Below, piece after piece: positions 1 through 13,130 of a stretch of DNA of 64,000 bases. How positions within the stretch are numbered: the first letter of the stretch is position 1; each line of letters begins with the position of its first letter. The notes below the pieces were generated by a model. That model was given only the letters and a program-made list of their open reading frames with translations, did no database searches and had not been told where the DNA came from. The position numbers were made by a program, and so were the translations under genes. Source of the stretch: Squalus acanthias (taxonomy: Eukaryota); NCBI GenBank assembly GCA_030390025.1, contig CM059426.1, forward strand, positions 27,094,001 through 27,158,000. The letters are read 5' to 3'.

Positions 1-208
1 TCCGAAGGAGTCCCTTTTTTACATCAACATGCCGTGGAGTAAAAATTGCTTTTTTTTTTAGTTTTCTGTCTCTCACTCTCTCTGGCTCTTGTATTCTTTA
101 CTCATTGTGATGACTTACTGTTTTTCTAATTCCCTCTATCACTCCCTATATGTCTCTTCTCTAATCTGTCTCTTCTCTCTGTATAATGTTCATACTTTAT
201 ATGTTCTG

Positions 209-528
209 ACTTTCAGATAAGACATTAAACTGAGTCCTGTCTGCTCTCTCAAGTGGACGTAAAAGATCCCATAGCAGTATTTCAAAGAAGTGCAGGGGAG
301 TTCTGCCTGGTGTCCTAGCCAATATTTATCCCTCAACCAACATCACTAAAAAACAGATTATCTGGTCATTAACTCATTGCTGTTTGTGGGAGCTTACTGT
401 GCGCAAATCGGCTGCTGCGTTTCCTACATTACAACAGTGACTACACTTAAAGTACTCAATTAGCTGTAAAGCACTTTGGGACGTCCTGTGGTTGTGAAAG
501 GCGCTATATAAATGCAAGTCTTTCTTTC
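209..528 (+). mobile_element. DeuSINE (SacSINE1-like), 5'-truncated
   Basis: Deu core (gatcccatagc...gcaggggagttct...gccaatatttatccctcaaccaac...gctgtttgtgggagctt) and L2-like tail aaggcgctatataaatgcaagtctttctttc. Confidence 0.85.
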
Positions 529-1629
529 AATACTTGTTCCTTTACAGGTGTGGTCAATTTATGTCTTTTGTTGAAAGCCCAGAGTGCGCAGGAAGATACC
601 AGCCAACAAGCATCAGGTCAGACTTGACTACTGGGTCAAGTATAACCAGGTTTTCTGAGACCTTCGTAACAGACGGGGGAGTATGGAAAAACTGCAGGGA
701 TTAGGGTTGGTGCTGGGGGATAAAATGGGAAACAGTGCAGGGCTAAGGGTGGCCCCTGGGAGTGAAAGGGGTGGAAGGCTGGAAGAGAGTGGGCTGTCTG
801 GAGTGGGATTTGGGACCAGAATGGTGATATGGGGCCTGGGATACTCTGGAAGGGGAGTGGCATTGTGTAAGACCTCAGTGGCCCAAGGGGCTTTGGCGCA
901 TTTGGGGTTGGAATCTGAAGTATTGGAAAACTCTGGCGAGGCCGAGGCAATTGAGTGTGAGAATACTTTGGAGGGGGCAGGGGTGAAAATTACATAGAAT
1001 TTACAGCACAGAAACAGGCCATTCAGCCCAACTGGTCTATGCCGGTGTTTATACTCCACACAAGCCTCCTCCAACCCTATTTCAAAATTCTCAGGGGTTC
1101 ATTGGATGCCTGTGGGAACAGTGTACCCTCAGTATGGGGGCAGCCAAGAAGTGACTATGACCAGAGCCAGAAGCAGAATATAACCCTGAGCCTAGTAATA
1201 ACAGAGAGTGGAACATAAAGTCCGGACAGTGAAGTACAGCACCAGAGATGAACACAGAAGTAGTGAAGTGTGATATTTACAGAAGGGAGGGAATAACAGA
1301 AATCCAAGACTTCGCACAAGTATTGGAAGGGAGAGCATGGGGGAAGTTCGGGGCTTGGCACTGGTATGGAGAGGAACGGAGTGGAAGTGAAGGACTTGCT
1401 ATTGGGACGGAGAGAGTGGGAGAAGTCCACAGTGACCAACAAGCTTACCAGATTTAAGAGGTAGATTGTGGCAAACCAGTCCATAGGTACAACCATTGCC
1501 AGGAGGTTGCATGAAGTCCAAACACTAATTTTTAACTGTAGTCATGGAGAGTAAGATTGTGTCAGCAATTAAAATGGCAGACTGCTCATTTCTAGGCCAT
1601 TACTTTCGGCCCCTGCCACAAACTCCATT

Positions 1630-2402
1630 CCAATGTCACCGATTCCATCCTCCTCCCTGGCTACTGTCTCGGGCTGAGCCAGTCTGTTCTCACCCTCTGC
1701 CTCCTTTCTGAACCTGAGCTGAGTTGAGCTTCCAACCTCATGTCCTCTCCATTACAAACACCACCTACTTCCACCTCCATAATATCGCTGTTCTCCGCCC
1801 CCGCCTCAGCGAGGCCATCTGCTGCTGAAACAATCTTCCATGCTTTGGTTACCTCTAGACTCGATGCTCTCCTGGCCGGCCTCCCATTTTCCACCAGTCG
1901 TAAACTTGAGCTCATCCAAAACTCTGCTGCCCACATTCTAACCTGCATCAAGTCCCACTCACCAATCACCCCTGTGCTTGTTGACCTACATTGGCTCCTG
2001 GTCCAACACCTCAACTTTAAAATTCTTATCCTTCTATTCAAATCCCTCCATGGCCTTACCCCTACCTAACTCTGTAATCTCCTCCAGCCTGACAACCCTC
2101 CAAGAACTCAAGTGTTCCTGAAGCTCTAGCCTCTTGTGCATCCCCTGTCCCTTCGCCCCACTATCGGCGGCCAGCTAACCCCCAGGCTCCAGCATTCCAT
2201 CCTTAAACCTCTCTGGCTCTCCACTTATCTTTCTTCTCCTTTAAGACACTCATTAAAACCACCTACTTTCACCAAGCTCTTAATCACCCCTCCTAATATC
2301 TACTCCATTGACTCAGTCAATCTTTGCCTTCTTACTCTCCTGTGAAGCACCTTGGGACAGTTTACTACATTAAAGGCACTATATAAATGCAAGTTGTTGT
2401 TG
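1630..2402 (+). mobile_element. L2 LINE 3' fragment
   Basis: ORF 1740-2069 (AAETIFHALVTSRLD...QNSAAHILT...ITPVLVDLHWL) matches the L2 ORF2 C-terminus; tail tatataaatgcaagttgttgttg. Confidence 0.85.
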
Positions 2403-3850
2403 TGATGGTTGAGGGAGATATGTTGGCCAAGACACCTGCTCGTTCACCCCAGTTCATTTTCAAATAGTACCATGATAATGCCCAGCAGAAAGACAGATTA
2501 ACCTCTCATCTGACAAACAGAACCTCTGACCATACATTCCCTCTATAGATCATGGGGCAGAAATCCTGGAGTGAGATTTGAACCCATAACCTTCCCACTC
2601 ACGTGTGAAAGTGCTCCAACTGAGCAAAGCTGACACGAATGGGAAGCTCATATTGATGCTATATTTAACTGAATATTGTGATAATGTATAACAAGTTTGT
2701 TTCTAATTATTCTGTTAGAGTAGTAACTTTTCTTTAAGGCAGAACATAAACGTTGTATCCCAGTGCAATATCCTCCTGGTAACACAGTAAGGCCTTGAAG
2801 TGATCCGTAAAAATTTCCATGATAAACACACACCAACTCCTTCAATATTTTATGATGGATAGGCCATAGGAGACATTGAATAAAATAGAGTGACGTGAAC
2901 TGCAGTACCCCTGTTGATTCTCCTTAAAGGACCACGTCAATAATGTGGAGCTGAATTTTCCTCCCTGAAGGTAATTGCTTTTGTAGCTGCTCATGTCGAC
3001 TGGAACACATTCTCCAAACTAATTAAATTCAGGTGTAGTCATATCATCAGGTTACAGGGCTTCACCTTTGCCAATGGGCACCGGAACGTAAACCAATTGT
3101 ATCCAACACTCGACACTGCACAAAACTGGGGAAATTGAACCAAGGAACCCACAAAAGCCTATTGTCTGCTCTCTGGGTCAAGTATAGTTTAACATTGAGT
3201 CCATAGTTAGCAGCAGCTGGAGCCTTCATATACACACACAACAAATCGAAACCAAATTACATGCATGTATTATTTGGGTAATTTAAATCTCCTCCTTTCT
3301 CTTTCCTTGCTTTCTATTATCTTTTACCTCTTGCCTTTAAGACAATGCCTTTCTCCCACCGCTCCTCACCCCATTCCACATTGAGGTAGTGGGGGAATGG
3401 GACCTAATTCCAGCCATCTGCCAATACCACTCTGCAATCAGCCTGTTCAAGGTGTTTGAGACTGGCCCGGGGTAACTCGACCTCCAGTTCCTCCTTCTCC
3501 CCTTTATAACTTCATCATCCTGCACTGGTCTGGGTTGGACAGGCTCCTCAAGCTGCTGCTCCCAATGTCATGCATTGCTTACTGTCTTATAGCTGTTCAT
3601 TGGACTATTTTCCCTTTCAGTGCACCCCCACCCCCACCCACCAAGTCTTCACTGTCACTGCTCCTCCGCTGGTCAATCAGATCCACTCTTGTGCACTGCT
3701 AATATCCGCCGTCACTACGCACTTGTGCTGGACCTCCGGATTAACCCCTGCTGGCTCCTGGTTGACTCCCCATTTTATCCCAGCTCTCTGAATCCACTGG
3801 ACAACCTCCGCTAGTACCTATGCTGATACTCTGGCTCTGGAAAACAAACA

Positions 3851-4033
3851 GGAAATACTGGAAGCATTGCACAGGTCAGACTGCATCTGTGAAGAGAACA
3901 TATGAGTTAATGCTTCCTCAGGTGTGGACAAATCATCAAAACTCATTTTGACAATTCATTTACACCTGAAATGTTAACTCATCTATTCTCTCCACAGATA
4001 CTGCCTGACCTGCTGAGTGTTTCCAGTATTTTC
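3851..4033. repeat. Degenerate palindrome made of two inverted Penelope 3' ends
   Basis: gaaatactggaagca...caggtcag...catctgtgaagaga mirrors tctctccacagat...ctgacctgctgagtgtttccagtattttc. Confidence 0.7.
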
Positions 4034-4044
4034 ACATGAGAATT

Positions 4045-4855
4045 TTAAAATTTCAGGCTCGGGGCCAAACAGGATGCCAATGTTACTAACAGTCTGATTC
4101 AGACTGAGGCCTTGGCCAGGGATGGAATTGGTGGCAAGGGTATGGAGTTTGTGACAGGCGCTGAAGACGATGGCTTCAATCTTCCCAATATTTAGGAGGA
4201 GAAAATTGCGGCTCTTCCAAGACTGAATATCAGCAAGCAGTCTGATGGCACAGAGGCAGTGGAGGGATTGAGAGAAATGGTGGAGAGGTACAGCTGGGAG
4301 TCATCAGCATACATGTGAAAACTGACCCCATGTCTGTGGATGATGTTGCAAAGGGCAGCATGTAGATGAGGAAGAGGCCAAGCATGGACCTTTGAGGAGC
4401 TCCAGGGACAATGAGGTTGGGCCGGGAAGAGAAGCCAGTGCTGTAAATGCTCTGGCTATGATGGGATAGGCAAGGTGGAACTGAGTGAGGGCACTGAGCT
4501 TGACAACAATGGTTTACCATGTCAAAGGCTGCAGAGAGTTTGAGGAGGGATAATGCAACACATTCACAGTCAGAGAATGTCATTGATGGTTTTGGTTAGA
4601 GCCGTTTCAGTGATGTGGGAGCAGGGTGAAAATCTGATTAGAGGGATTCAAACGGAGTTGCAGGGGGGATGGACCTGGATCTGGAAGGTGGCAACACATT
4701 CAAGGACTTTGGAGAGGAAAGGAAGCTGGAGGTGGGTGGGAGTTTAGAAGGACAGCGGAGCTGAAGGCAAATTTTTTGAGCAGGGGGTTGATGACGATTT
4801 TTAAAGGGAGGAAGGCAGTGACTGAGGAGAGGTAATCATTTGCAGTGTCAGCTAG
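4045..4855 (-). mobile_element. L2 LINE RT fragment, degenerate
   Basis: Minus-strand remnants LLKLSAAFDMVNH and GAPQRSMLG (ORF 4230-4583). Confidence 0.7.
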
Positions 4856-5966
4856 GAGAGATGTGAAGTGCCTTTGGACATCTTTCTACATTAAAGGTGC
4901 TATATAAATGTAAGTCATTATTGCTCTTCCTCTCCTCTTCCCCCCATCATGGGGAACCATCTCAGCTACAACAACCTGACTGAGATCTGAAACTCACTGA
5001 GGTTGGTTTGGGCAGTTTTTTTGATTAACAAAGTGAGCGATGGCAGTCCTGGAAAATGGAACATTTCCCCATTTTGGACAAATGGCCACAATGCTGGACC
5101 CCCACGGAGGTGAAAAGAGTCGAAGAGAAGATGAGAAAAATCAAGTAGTGAAAGGGAAAAGCGGGGCAAGGAATTCCACAGTTTTTAGGTTCTGGAAAAG
5201 TTTACGTTTGAGTAGGAAACAGTGCAAGAAGTCTTTATTTCAACACAATGAGGATTATAGGGAGGAGAAAGAGTGTGCAGGTTATCATATTTGGGAAGAA
5301 CAATAGAGGAAAGTTCTGAAGTGCAAGGACCAGTTACAGGCACCACAGTGAACATCAGCAGGATGTTCAAACCTGGCGGGGAGCGCGATCACAGGAGAGT
5401 CTGATCCGGTTCTCACCCAACATCCGCACAGGAGGGAGGGGGAAGAGAAAAGGAAGGTTGGAAGAAGAAAGAATGAAAGAATTTATATAGCACCTTTCAA
5501 AATGTCAAGCTCTTTACAGCCAATGGCCAATGAAGTACTTTTGAGGTGTAGTCCTTGTTGTAATGTAGGGAGAGGAGTGGAGAGAGGGTGGGGTGGGGGG
5601 AGAAAGAGACAGACAGCCACAGAACAGAGACCCATAGCACTTAACCATGGGACACAACTGGATACCTAAGAGCATGTACAGATATTTATTTCTGATTGTA
5701 AAATGTACTAAAAAATGATGGATTTATTTTGGATTAAGAAATGGGTATATTTTCATCAAGGCAAGTGGGAATATTTTACCTTTACACCAAAGCTGTTATC
5801 TGTGATACTGACAAGAAAAAAATGGCCAGAAAAAAAAATTAATAAGCATTTCAAACTAATATTAGGCTGTAAACCTATCTGTGTGGGACAGGAATGGCAA
5901 AACGCTTGCTCCAAACTGCCAGCATGCATTTTACTCCAATATAAATTTTTTTAAATAGGCAATGTT

Positions 5967-5982
5967 CAGCGCCCTCTATTGA
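5967..5982 (-). promoter_or_regulatory. CTCF-like core motif
   Basis: Minus strand TCAATAGAGGGCGCTG versus consensus CCASYAGRKGGCRS. Motif match only. Confidence 0.4.
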
Positions 5983-6014
5983 TCTTCATGCAATTGCACC
6001 TTGAAGGAAAATAA

Positions 6015-6115
6015 ACTGAAATAAAAACAGAAAATGCTGGGAATACTCAGCAGGCCAGGCAGCATCTGTGGAGAGAGAAAGAGTTAACCTTTCAGGTCGA
6101 TGACCTTTGGTTAGA
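6015..6115 (-). mobile_element. Penelope-like element 3' end fragment
   Basis: Same sequence as the tail at 6895-7015. Confidence 0.7.
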
Positions 6116-6394
6116 AGCACTACATGAATTCAAAATATTATGCATGTAAAAATAATAGTATTTGTTGGTGCTTCCTCTTTTCTCTGTTTTTCATTGCTAG
6201 CTGCCTGGCAGCAGACGCACTGGGTAGAAAGTTTTGTGAGGTGAGGTGTTGTCATGAATATCGGTGGGAGTGCAGCGTTCTGGAGGTTGTGGTCTGAGGG
6301 TGCATTTTTCAGTTTGTTTGAAGTTTTTAAAGTCTTTCAACTGATGGCAGTACGAGCAGAAACTCCATTTAATAAAGCACAACAATATTGTTTT

Positions 6395-6411
6395 GCTGCC
6401 ACCTGGTGCCA
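6395..6411 (-). promoter_or_regulatory. CTCF-like core motif
   Basis: Minus strand TGGCACCAGGTGGCAGC. Motif match only. Confidence 0.4.
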
Positions 6412-6802
6412 TGGCAGATGCTGACAGCCAATGTACTCTGTGAAGATAGATCATCACCGACATGAAAAATGAATAATGACATTATGAAATAGTACATTGT
6501 ATATCCCATCATATATTCAAGGGTTTTAATGTGAAAAGTTTTCCCTCCCACTTGCACCAATCCCGAGTCTCTCAGGTTTGTGCGGAGCTAGCTAAACTCA
6601 GCTGAAGTTTTTTTTTATTACATCTGTTCCCGGGATGTGGGCAATGCCACATTTATTGCCCATTGTTAGTTGCCCTGAGGGCATTAAGAGTCAACCATAT
6701 AGTGTGGGGATGGAGTCACATGGCCAGACCAGGTAAGGGTGTCCCTGAAGGACATTAGTGAACCAGTTGTGTATTTACGACAATCCGGCAGCTTTCATGG
6801 TT

Positions 6803-8060
6803 ACAAAAGCAAAATACAGGGCTTGATAGCCGGCACGGACATGATGGGCCGAAGGGCCTCTTTCTGTGCTGTATAACTCTATGACTCTATGACTGCAGAT
6901 GCTGGAAATCTGAAATAAAAACGGAAAATGCTGGGAATACTCAGCGGGTCAGGCAGCATCTGTAGAGAGAGAAACATAGTTAACATTTCAGGTCGATGAC
7001 CCTTCATCAGAACTGGAAAAAGTTGGAGATGTAACAGGTTTTTAAGCAAGTGTAGGGGCAGGGAGAGGGGGGAGGGGAGGAAAGAACAGAAGGGAAGGTC
7101 TGTGATAGGATGGAAGGCAGGAGAGATTAAGAGACAAAGGGATGATGGTGCAAGGCAAAAGGAGATGGTAATGGACAAGTTAAGAAACAAAAGATGGCTC
7201 TAGATGAAGTGTAAATGGCAATAGCAGGATGATCAACAGCTGCCATGTGAGAGAGAGAAAAAAGATAGGAGCAGAGGTTATGGTCTGAAATTGTTGAACT
7301 CGATGTTGAGTCCAGAAGGCTGTAAAGTGCCTAATCGAAAGATGAGGTGCTGTTCCTTGAGCTTACGTTGAGTTTCATTGGAACAGTGTAAGAGGCCGAG
7401 GACGGAGAGATCAGAGTGGGAATGGAGCGGAGAATTAAAGTGACAGGCGACCGGAAGCTCGGGGTCACCCATACAGAGTGAACGGAGGTGTTCCGCAAAG
7501 CGGTCACCCAATCTGCGTTTGGTCTCCCCAATGTAGAGGAGACCACATCGTGAGCAGCGAATACAGTATACTAAATTGCAAGAAGTACAAGTAAATCGCT
7601 GTTTCACCTGGAAGGGGTGTTTGGGGCCCTGGACAGTGGGAAGGGAGGAGGTAAAAGGGCAGGTGTTGCATCTCCTGCGCTTGCACGGGAAGGTGCCGGG
7701 CGAAGGGGAAGGGGTGTTGGGGGTGATAGAGGAGTGGACCAGGTTGTCGCAGAGGGAGCGGTCCCTTCGGAATGCTGAAAGGGGAGGTGAGGGGAAGATG
7801 TGTTTGGTGGTGGGATCACGTTGGAGGTGGCGGAAATGGCGGAGGATGATCCGTTGAATGTGGAGGCTGGTGGGGTGAAAGGTGAGGACAAGGGGAACCT
7901 TATCGTGGTTCCGAGAGGGAGGGGAAGGGGTGAGAGCAGAAGTGCGGAAAATAGAACGGACACGGTCAAAGGCCGTGCCCACCACGGTAGAGGGGAATCC
8001 TCGGTTGAGGAAAAAGGATGACATGTCGGAAGCACTGGTATGGAAGGTGGCATCGTCAGA
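6803..8060 (-). mobile_element. Neptune-type Penelope-like element, 5'-truncated, with GIY-YIG endonuclease and 3' pseudo-LTR
   Basis: ORF 7278-8066 has linker CKRRRCNTC, GIY-YIG NLVYCIRCSRCGLLYIGETKRRLGDRFAEH and end GTLQPSGLN. Hammerhead-like CTGATGA...GAAA at ~6980-7012. A CR1 tail (~6818-6892) is inserted into its extreme 3' end. Confidence 0.92.
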
Positions 8061-8184
8061 GAGCAAGTTATTTTATCTGATAAATTATCAGATTTTACTG
8101 AATTCAATTTTCCCAACATGTTGGGACTTGAAATGCAACCTCTGGATTGCTACTCCAGCACCATAACAATAACAATACAACAAC

Positions 8185-8820
8185 TTGCAAGAGGATTTGA
8201 GTACAGGAGCAAGGATGTCTTACTACAGTTATACAGGGCCTTGGTGAGACCACACCTGGAGTAGTGTGTGTGCAGTTTTGGTCTCCTTACCTAAGAAAGG
8301 ATATACTTGCCATAGAGGGAGTGCAGCGAAGGTTCACCAGACGGATTCCTGGGATGGCAGGACTGTCGTATGAGGAGAGATTGGGTCGACTAGGCCTGTA
8401 TTCACTAGAGTTTAGAAGAATGAGAGGGGATCTCATTGAAAAGTATAAAATTCTGACAGGGCTAGACAGACTGGATGCAGGGAGGATGTTTCCCCTGGCT
8501 GGGGGGTCCAGAACGAGGGGTCACAGTCTCAGGATACGGGGTACAGACATTTAGGACTGAGATGAGGAGAAATTTCTTCACTCAGAGGGTGGTGAACCTG
8601 TGGAATTCTCTACCACAGAAGGCTGTGGAGGCCAAGTCACTGAATATATTTAAGAAGGAGAGAGATAGATTTCTAGACACAAAAGGCATCAAGGGGTATG
8701 GGGAGAGAGTGGGAATATGGTATTGAGATAGAGGATCAGCCATGATCATATTGAATGGCGGAGCAGGCTCGAAGAGCCGAATGGCCTACTCCTGCTCCTA
8801 TTTTTCTATGTTTCTATGTA
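8185..8820 (+). mobile_element. CR1/HER1 LINE 3' fragment inserted into an L2 tail
   Basis: LYRALVRPHLE, VQFWSPYLRKD and FFTQRVVNLWNSLP remnants; (CTATGTTT)n tail; aacttgca present at both ends. Confidence 0.9.
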
Positions 8821-9190
8821 ACTTGCATTTATATAGAGCCTTTAACGTAGTAAAACATCCCAAGGCGCTTCACATGAGCATTTTAAAATATAAATTTGAA
8901 ACCAAGCCACATAAGGAGATATTAGGGCAGATGACCAAAAGCTTGGTCGAAGAGGTAGGTTTTAAGGAGCGTCTTAAAGGAGGAGAGAGAGGTAGAGAGG
9001 CGGAGAGGTTTAGGCAGGGAATTCCAGAGCTTAGGGCCTTGGCGGCTGAAGGCACGGCCACCAATGGTGGAGCGACTAAAATCGGGGATGCTCAAGAGGG
9101 CAGAATTGGAGGAGTGCAAATATCGGAGGGTGGTGGGGCTGGAGGAGATTACAGAGATAGGGCGGGGCGAAGCCATGGAGGGATTCAAAA
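8821..9190 (-). mobile_element. L2 LINE 3' end
   Basis: GGRAFSRQGPKLWNSLPKPLRLSTSLSSFKTLLKTYLFDQAF; tail acttgcatttatatag. Confidence 0.85.
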
Positions 9191-9284
9191 CCACCAGGTT
9201 ACCGGACCAATAAGTGACAGCGCCCCGGCCTTCTTTTGGGGGAGTGGAGAAAAGGGAACAGCCAAGATTTCTGCTCTCGATTAT

Positions 9285-12200
9285 TTTGTTTATTTGTTTA
9301 TGGGATGTGGGCATCGCTGGCAAGGCCAGCATTTATTGCCCATCCCTAATTGCCCTTGAGAAGGTGGTGGTGAGCCGCCTTCTTGAACCACTGCAGTCCG
9401 TATGGTGAAGGTACTCCCACTGTGCTGTTAGGGAGGGAGTTCCAGGATTTTAACCCAGCGACAGTGAAGGATCGGCGATATACTTCTAAGTCAGGATGGT
9501 GTGTGACTTGGAGGGGAACTTGGAGGTGGTGGTGTTCCCATGCACCTGCTGCCCTTGTCCTTCTAGGTGGAAGAGGTCACGGGTTTGGGAGGTGCTGCAG
9601 TGCATCTTGTAGATGGTACACACTGAAGCCACGGTACGCCGGTGGTGGAGGGAGTGAATGTTTAAGGTGGTGGATGGGGTGCCAATCAAGCGGGCTGCTT
9701 TGTCCTGGATGGTGTCGAGCTTCTTGAGAGTTGTTGGAGCTGCATTCATCCAGGCAAGTGGAGAGTATTCCATCACGCTCCTTACTTGTGCCTTGTAGAT
9801 GGTGGAAAGGCTTTGGGGAGTCAGAAGGTGAGACACTCGCCGCAGAATACCCAGCCTCTGACCTGCTCTTGTTGCCACAGTATTTATGTGGCTGGTCCAG
9901 TTAAGTTTCTGGGCAATGGTGACCCCCCAGGATGTTGATGGTGGGGCATTCAGCGATGGTATTGCCGTTGAATGGTAAGGGGCGGTGGTTAGACTCTTGC
10001 TTGTTGGAGATAGTCATTGCCTGGCACTTCTATGGCGGAAATGTTACCTGCCATTTATCAGCCCAAGCCAGAACGTCGTCCAGGTCTTGTTGCATGCGGG
10101 TATGGACTGCTTCAATATCCGAGGAGTTGTGAATGGCGCTGTACACTGTGCAGTCATCAGCGAACATCCCCATTTCTGACCTTATGTTGGAGGGAAGGTC
10201 ATTGATGAAGCAGCTGAAAATGGTTGGGCCGAGGACACTGCCCTGAGGAACTCCTGCAGCGATGTCCTGGGGCTGTGATGATTGACTTCAACCACCACAA
10301 CAATCTTCCTTTGTGGTAGGTATGACTCCAGCCAGTGGAGTGTTTCCCCCGACTCCCATTGCCTTCAGTTTTACTAGGTCTCCTTGATGCCACACTCGGT
10401 CAAATACTGCCTTGATGTCAAGGGCAGTCACTCTCACCTCACCTCTGGAATTCAGCTCCTTTGTCCATGTTTGGACCAAGGCTGTAATGAGGTCGGGAGC
10501 CGAGTGGTCTTGGCGGAACCCAAACTGGGCATCAGTGAGCAGGTTATTGGTGAGTAAGTGCCGCTTGATAGCACTGTTGACGACACCTTGCATCACTTTG
10601 CTGAGGATTGAGAGTAGACTGATGGGGCGGTAATTGGCCGGATTGGATTTGTCCTGCTTTTTGTGGACAGGACATACCTGGGCAGTTTTCCAAATTGTCG
10701 GATAGATGCCAGTGTTATAGCTGTACTGGAACAGCTTGGCTAGAGGCGTGGCTAGTTCTGGAGCACAAGTCTTCAGCACAATAGCCGGGATGTTGTCGGG
10801 GCCCACCGCCTTTGCTGTATCCAGTGCGCTCAGCCGTTTCTTGATATCACATGGAATGAATCGAATTGGCTGAAGACTGGCTTCTGTGATGGTGGGGACC
10901 TCAGGAGGAGGCCGATATGGATCATCCACTCAGCCCTTCTGGCTGAAGATGGTTGCAAACGCTTCAGCCTTGTCTTTTGCACTCACGTGCTGGGCTCCAC
11001 CATCATTGAGGATGGGGATATTCATGGAGCCTCCTCCTCCCGTTAGTTGTTTAATGATCCACCACCATTCACGACTGGATGTGGCAGGACTGCAGAGCTT
11101 TGATCAGATCCGTTGATTGTCGGATCGCTTAGCCCTGTCTATAGCATGCTGCTTCCGCTTTTTAGCATGTATGTAGTCCTGTGTTGCAGCTTCCCCAGGT
11201 TGGCACCTCATTTTTAGGTACGCCTGGTGCTGCTCCTGGCATGCCCTTTTACACTCCTTATTGAAACAGGGTTGGTCCCCTGCTTGATGGTAATCGTAGA
11301 GTGAGGAATATGCCGGGCCATGAGGTTACAGATTGTGGTGGAATACAATTCTGCTGCTGCTGATGGCCACGGCGCCTCATGGATGCCCAGTTTTGAGCTG
11401 CTAGATCTGTTCTGAATCTATCCCATTTAGCACGGTGGAAGTGCCACACAACACGATGGAGGGTGACCGCAGTGTGAAGACGGCACTTCATCTCCACAAT
11501 CACTGTGCGGTGGTCACTGCTACTAATACTGTCATGGACAGATGCATCTGCGACAGGTACATTGGTGAGGACGAGGTCAAGTAGGTTTTTCCCTCGTGTT
11601 GGTTCTCTCACCACCTCTCGCAGGCCCAGACTGGCAGCTATGTCGTTCAGGACTCGGTCAGTAGTGGTGCTACCGAGCCACTCTTGGTGATGGACATTGA
11701 AGTCCCCCACCCAGAGTACATTCTGTGCCCTTGCTACTCTCAGTGCTTCTTCCAAGTGGTGTTCAACATGGAGGAGTACTGATTCATCAGCTGAAGGAGG
11801 GCGGTAGGTGGTAATCAGCAGGAGGTTTCCTTGCCCGTACTTGACCTGAAGCCATGAGACTTCATGGGGTCCGGAGTCAAGGTTGAGGACTCCCTGAGCC
11901 ATTCCTTCCCGACTGTATATCACTGTGCCACCACCCCTGGTGGGTCTGTCCTGCCCGTGGGACAGGACATACCCAGGGATGGTGATGGAGGAGTTTGGGA
12001 CATTGGCTGAAAGGTATGATTCTGTGAGTATGACTATGTCAGGCTGTTGCTTGACTAGCCTGTGGGGCAGCTCTCCTAATTTTGGCACAAGTCCCCAGAT
12101 GTTGGTGAGGGGGACTTTGCAGGACTGGGTTTGCTGTTGCCATGTCCATAGCCGGTGCCAAGGTCGATACCGGTTGGTCCGTCCGGTTTCATTCTTATTA

Positions 12201-12293
12201 TAGTGTTTCATAGCGGTTTGTTACAACTGAGTGGCTTGCTAGGCCATTTTAGAGGGCAGTTAAGAGTCAACCACATTGCTGTGGGTCTGGAGT
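9285..12293 (-). mobile_element. Near-complete CR1-group LINE ('family B', distinct from HER1), APE + RT, frameshifted
   Basis: APE ORF 11258-12211 (TNIWGL, LTESYL, VGDFN, SDH); RT ORF 10288-10929 (GPDNIP, YRPISLLS, QFGFR, LDIKAVFDRVWH); C-terminus 9486-9878. Confidence 0.9.
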
Positions 12294-12499
12294 TATCCAG
12301 AGATCGATCAGAAAAGGCACGTGCACATGTTTAAAGAAATGAAGATAGGATCAGACAAATATAAAGCCCCCTACTTGTCCAAATAAGCTGCTCGCACTGA
12401 ACCTGGGCTCACGTGTGAGAAGAGAACTGGAGAGAAAAAACAGAACTAGCTGTAATTTTTGAAGGGTAGTTACCCTCAGTCAGATGGAGCAGTCTTCTT

Positions 12500-13130
12500 G
12501 CACTTAGAGCGCTTTTAATGTAATGAAACGTCCCAAGACGCTTCAGAGGAATGTTATCAAACAAAATTTGACACCGAGCCACATAAGGAGAAATTAGGGC
12601 AGATGACCAAAAGCTTGGTCAAAGAGGTAGGTTTTAAGGAGAGTCTTAATGGAGGAAAGAGAGGCGGAGAGGTTTAAGGAGGGAATTCCAGAGCTTCGGC
12701 CTCAGCAGCTGAAGGCACGACCGTCAATGGTGGAGCGATTAAAATTGGTGATGTGCAGATATCTCGGAGGGTTGTAGGGCTGGTGGATGTTACAGAGATA
12801 GGGAGGAGCGGGGCCATAGATTTGAAAACAAGGATGAGAATTTTTAAATCGTGGCGTTGCTCAACCGGGAGCCAATGTAGGTCAGCAAGCGGGTGAACGG
12901 GACTTGTTGCGAGTTAGGATACAGGCAGCAGAGTTTTGGATGAGCTTAAGTTTATGGCGGGCGGACGATGGGAGGCCGGCCAAGAGTACGTTGGAATAGT
13001 CAAGAATAGAGATAACAAAGGCATGGATAAGGGTTTCAGCAGCAGATGAGTTGAGGCAGGGGCGGAGTCGGGCGATGTTACGGAGGTGGAAGTAGGCGGT
13101 CTTAATGATAGCGCGGATATGCGGTGGGAT
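12500..13130 (-). mobile_element. L2 LINE 3' fragment
   Basis: KTAYFHLRNIARLRPCL...AETLIHAFV...LDYSN (ORF 12882-13148). Confidence 0.85.

Noticed and set aside
628-1496. Overlapping 69-148 aa ORFs
   Set aside because: Purine-skewed low-complexity sequence, probably decayed LINE; no motifs or credible splice structure.
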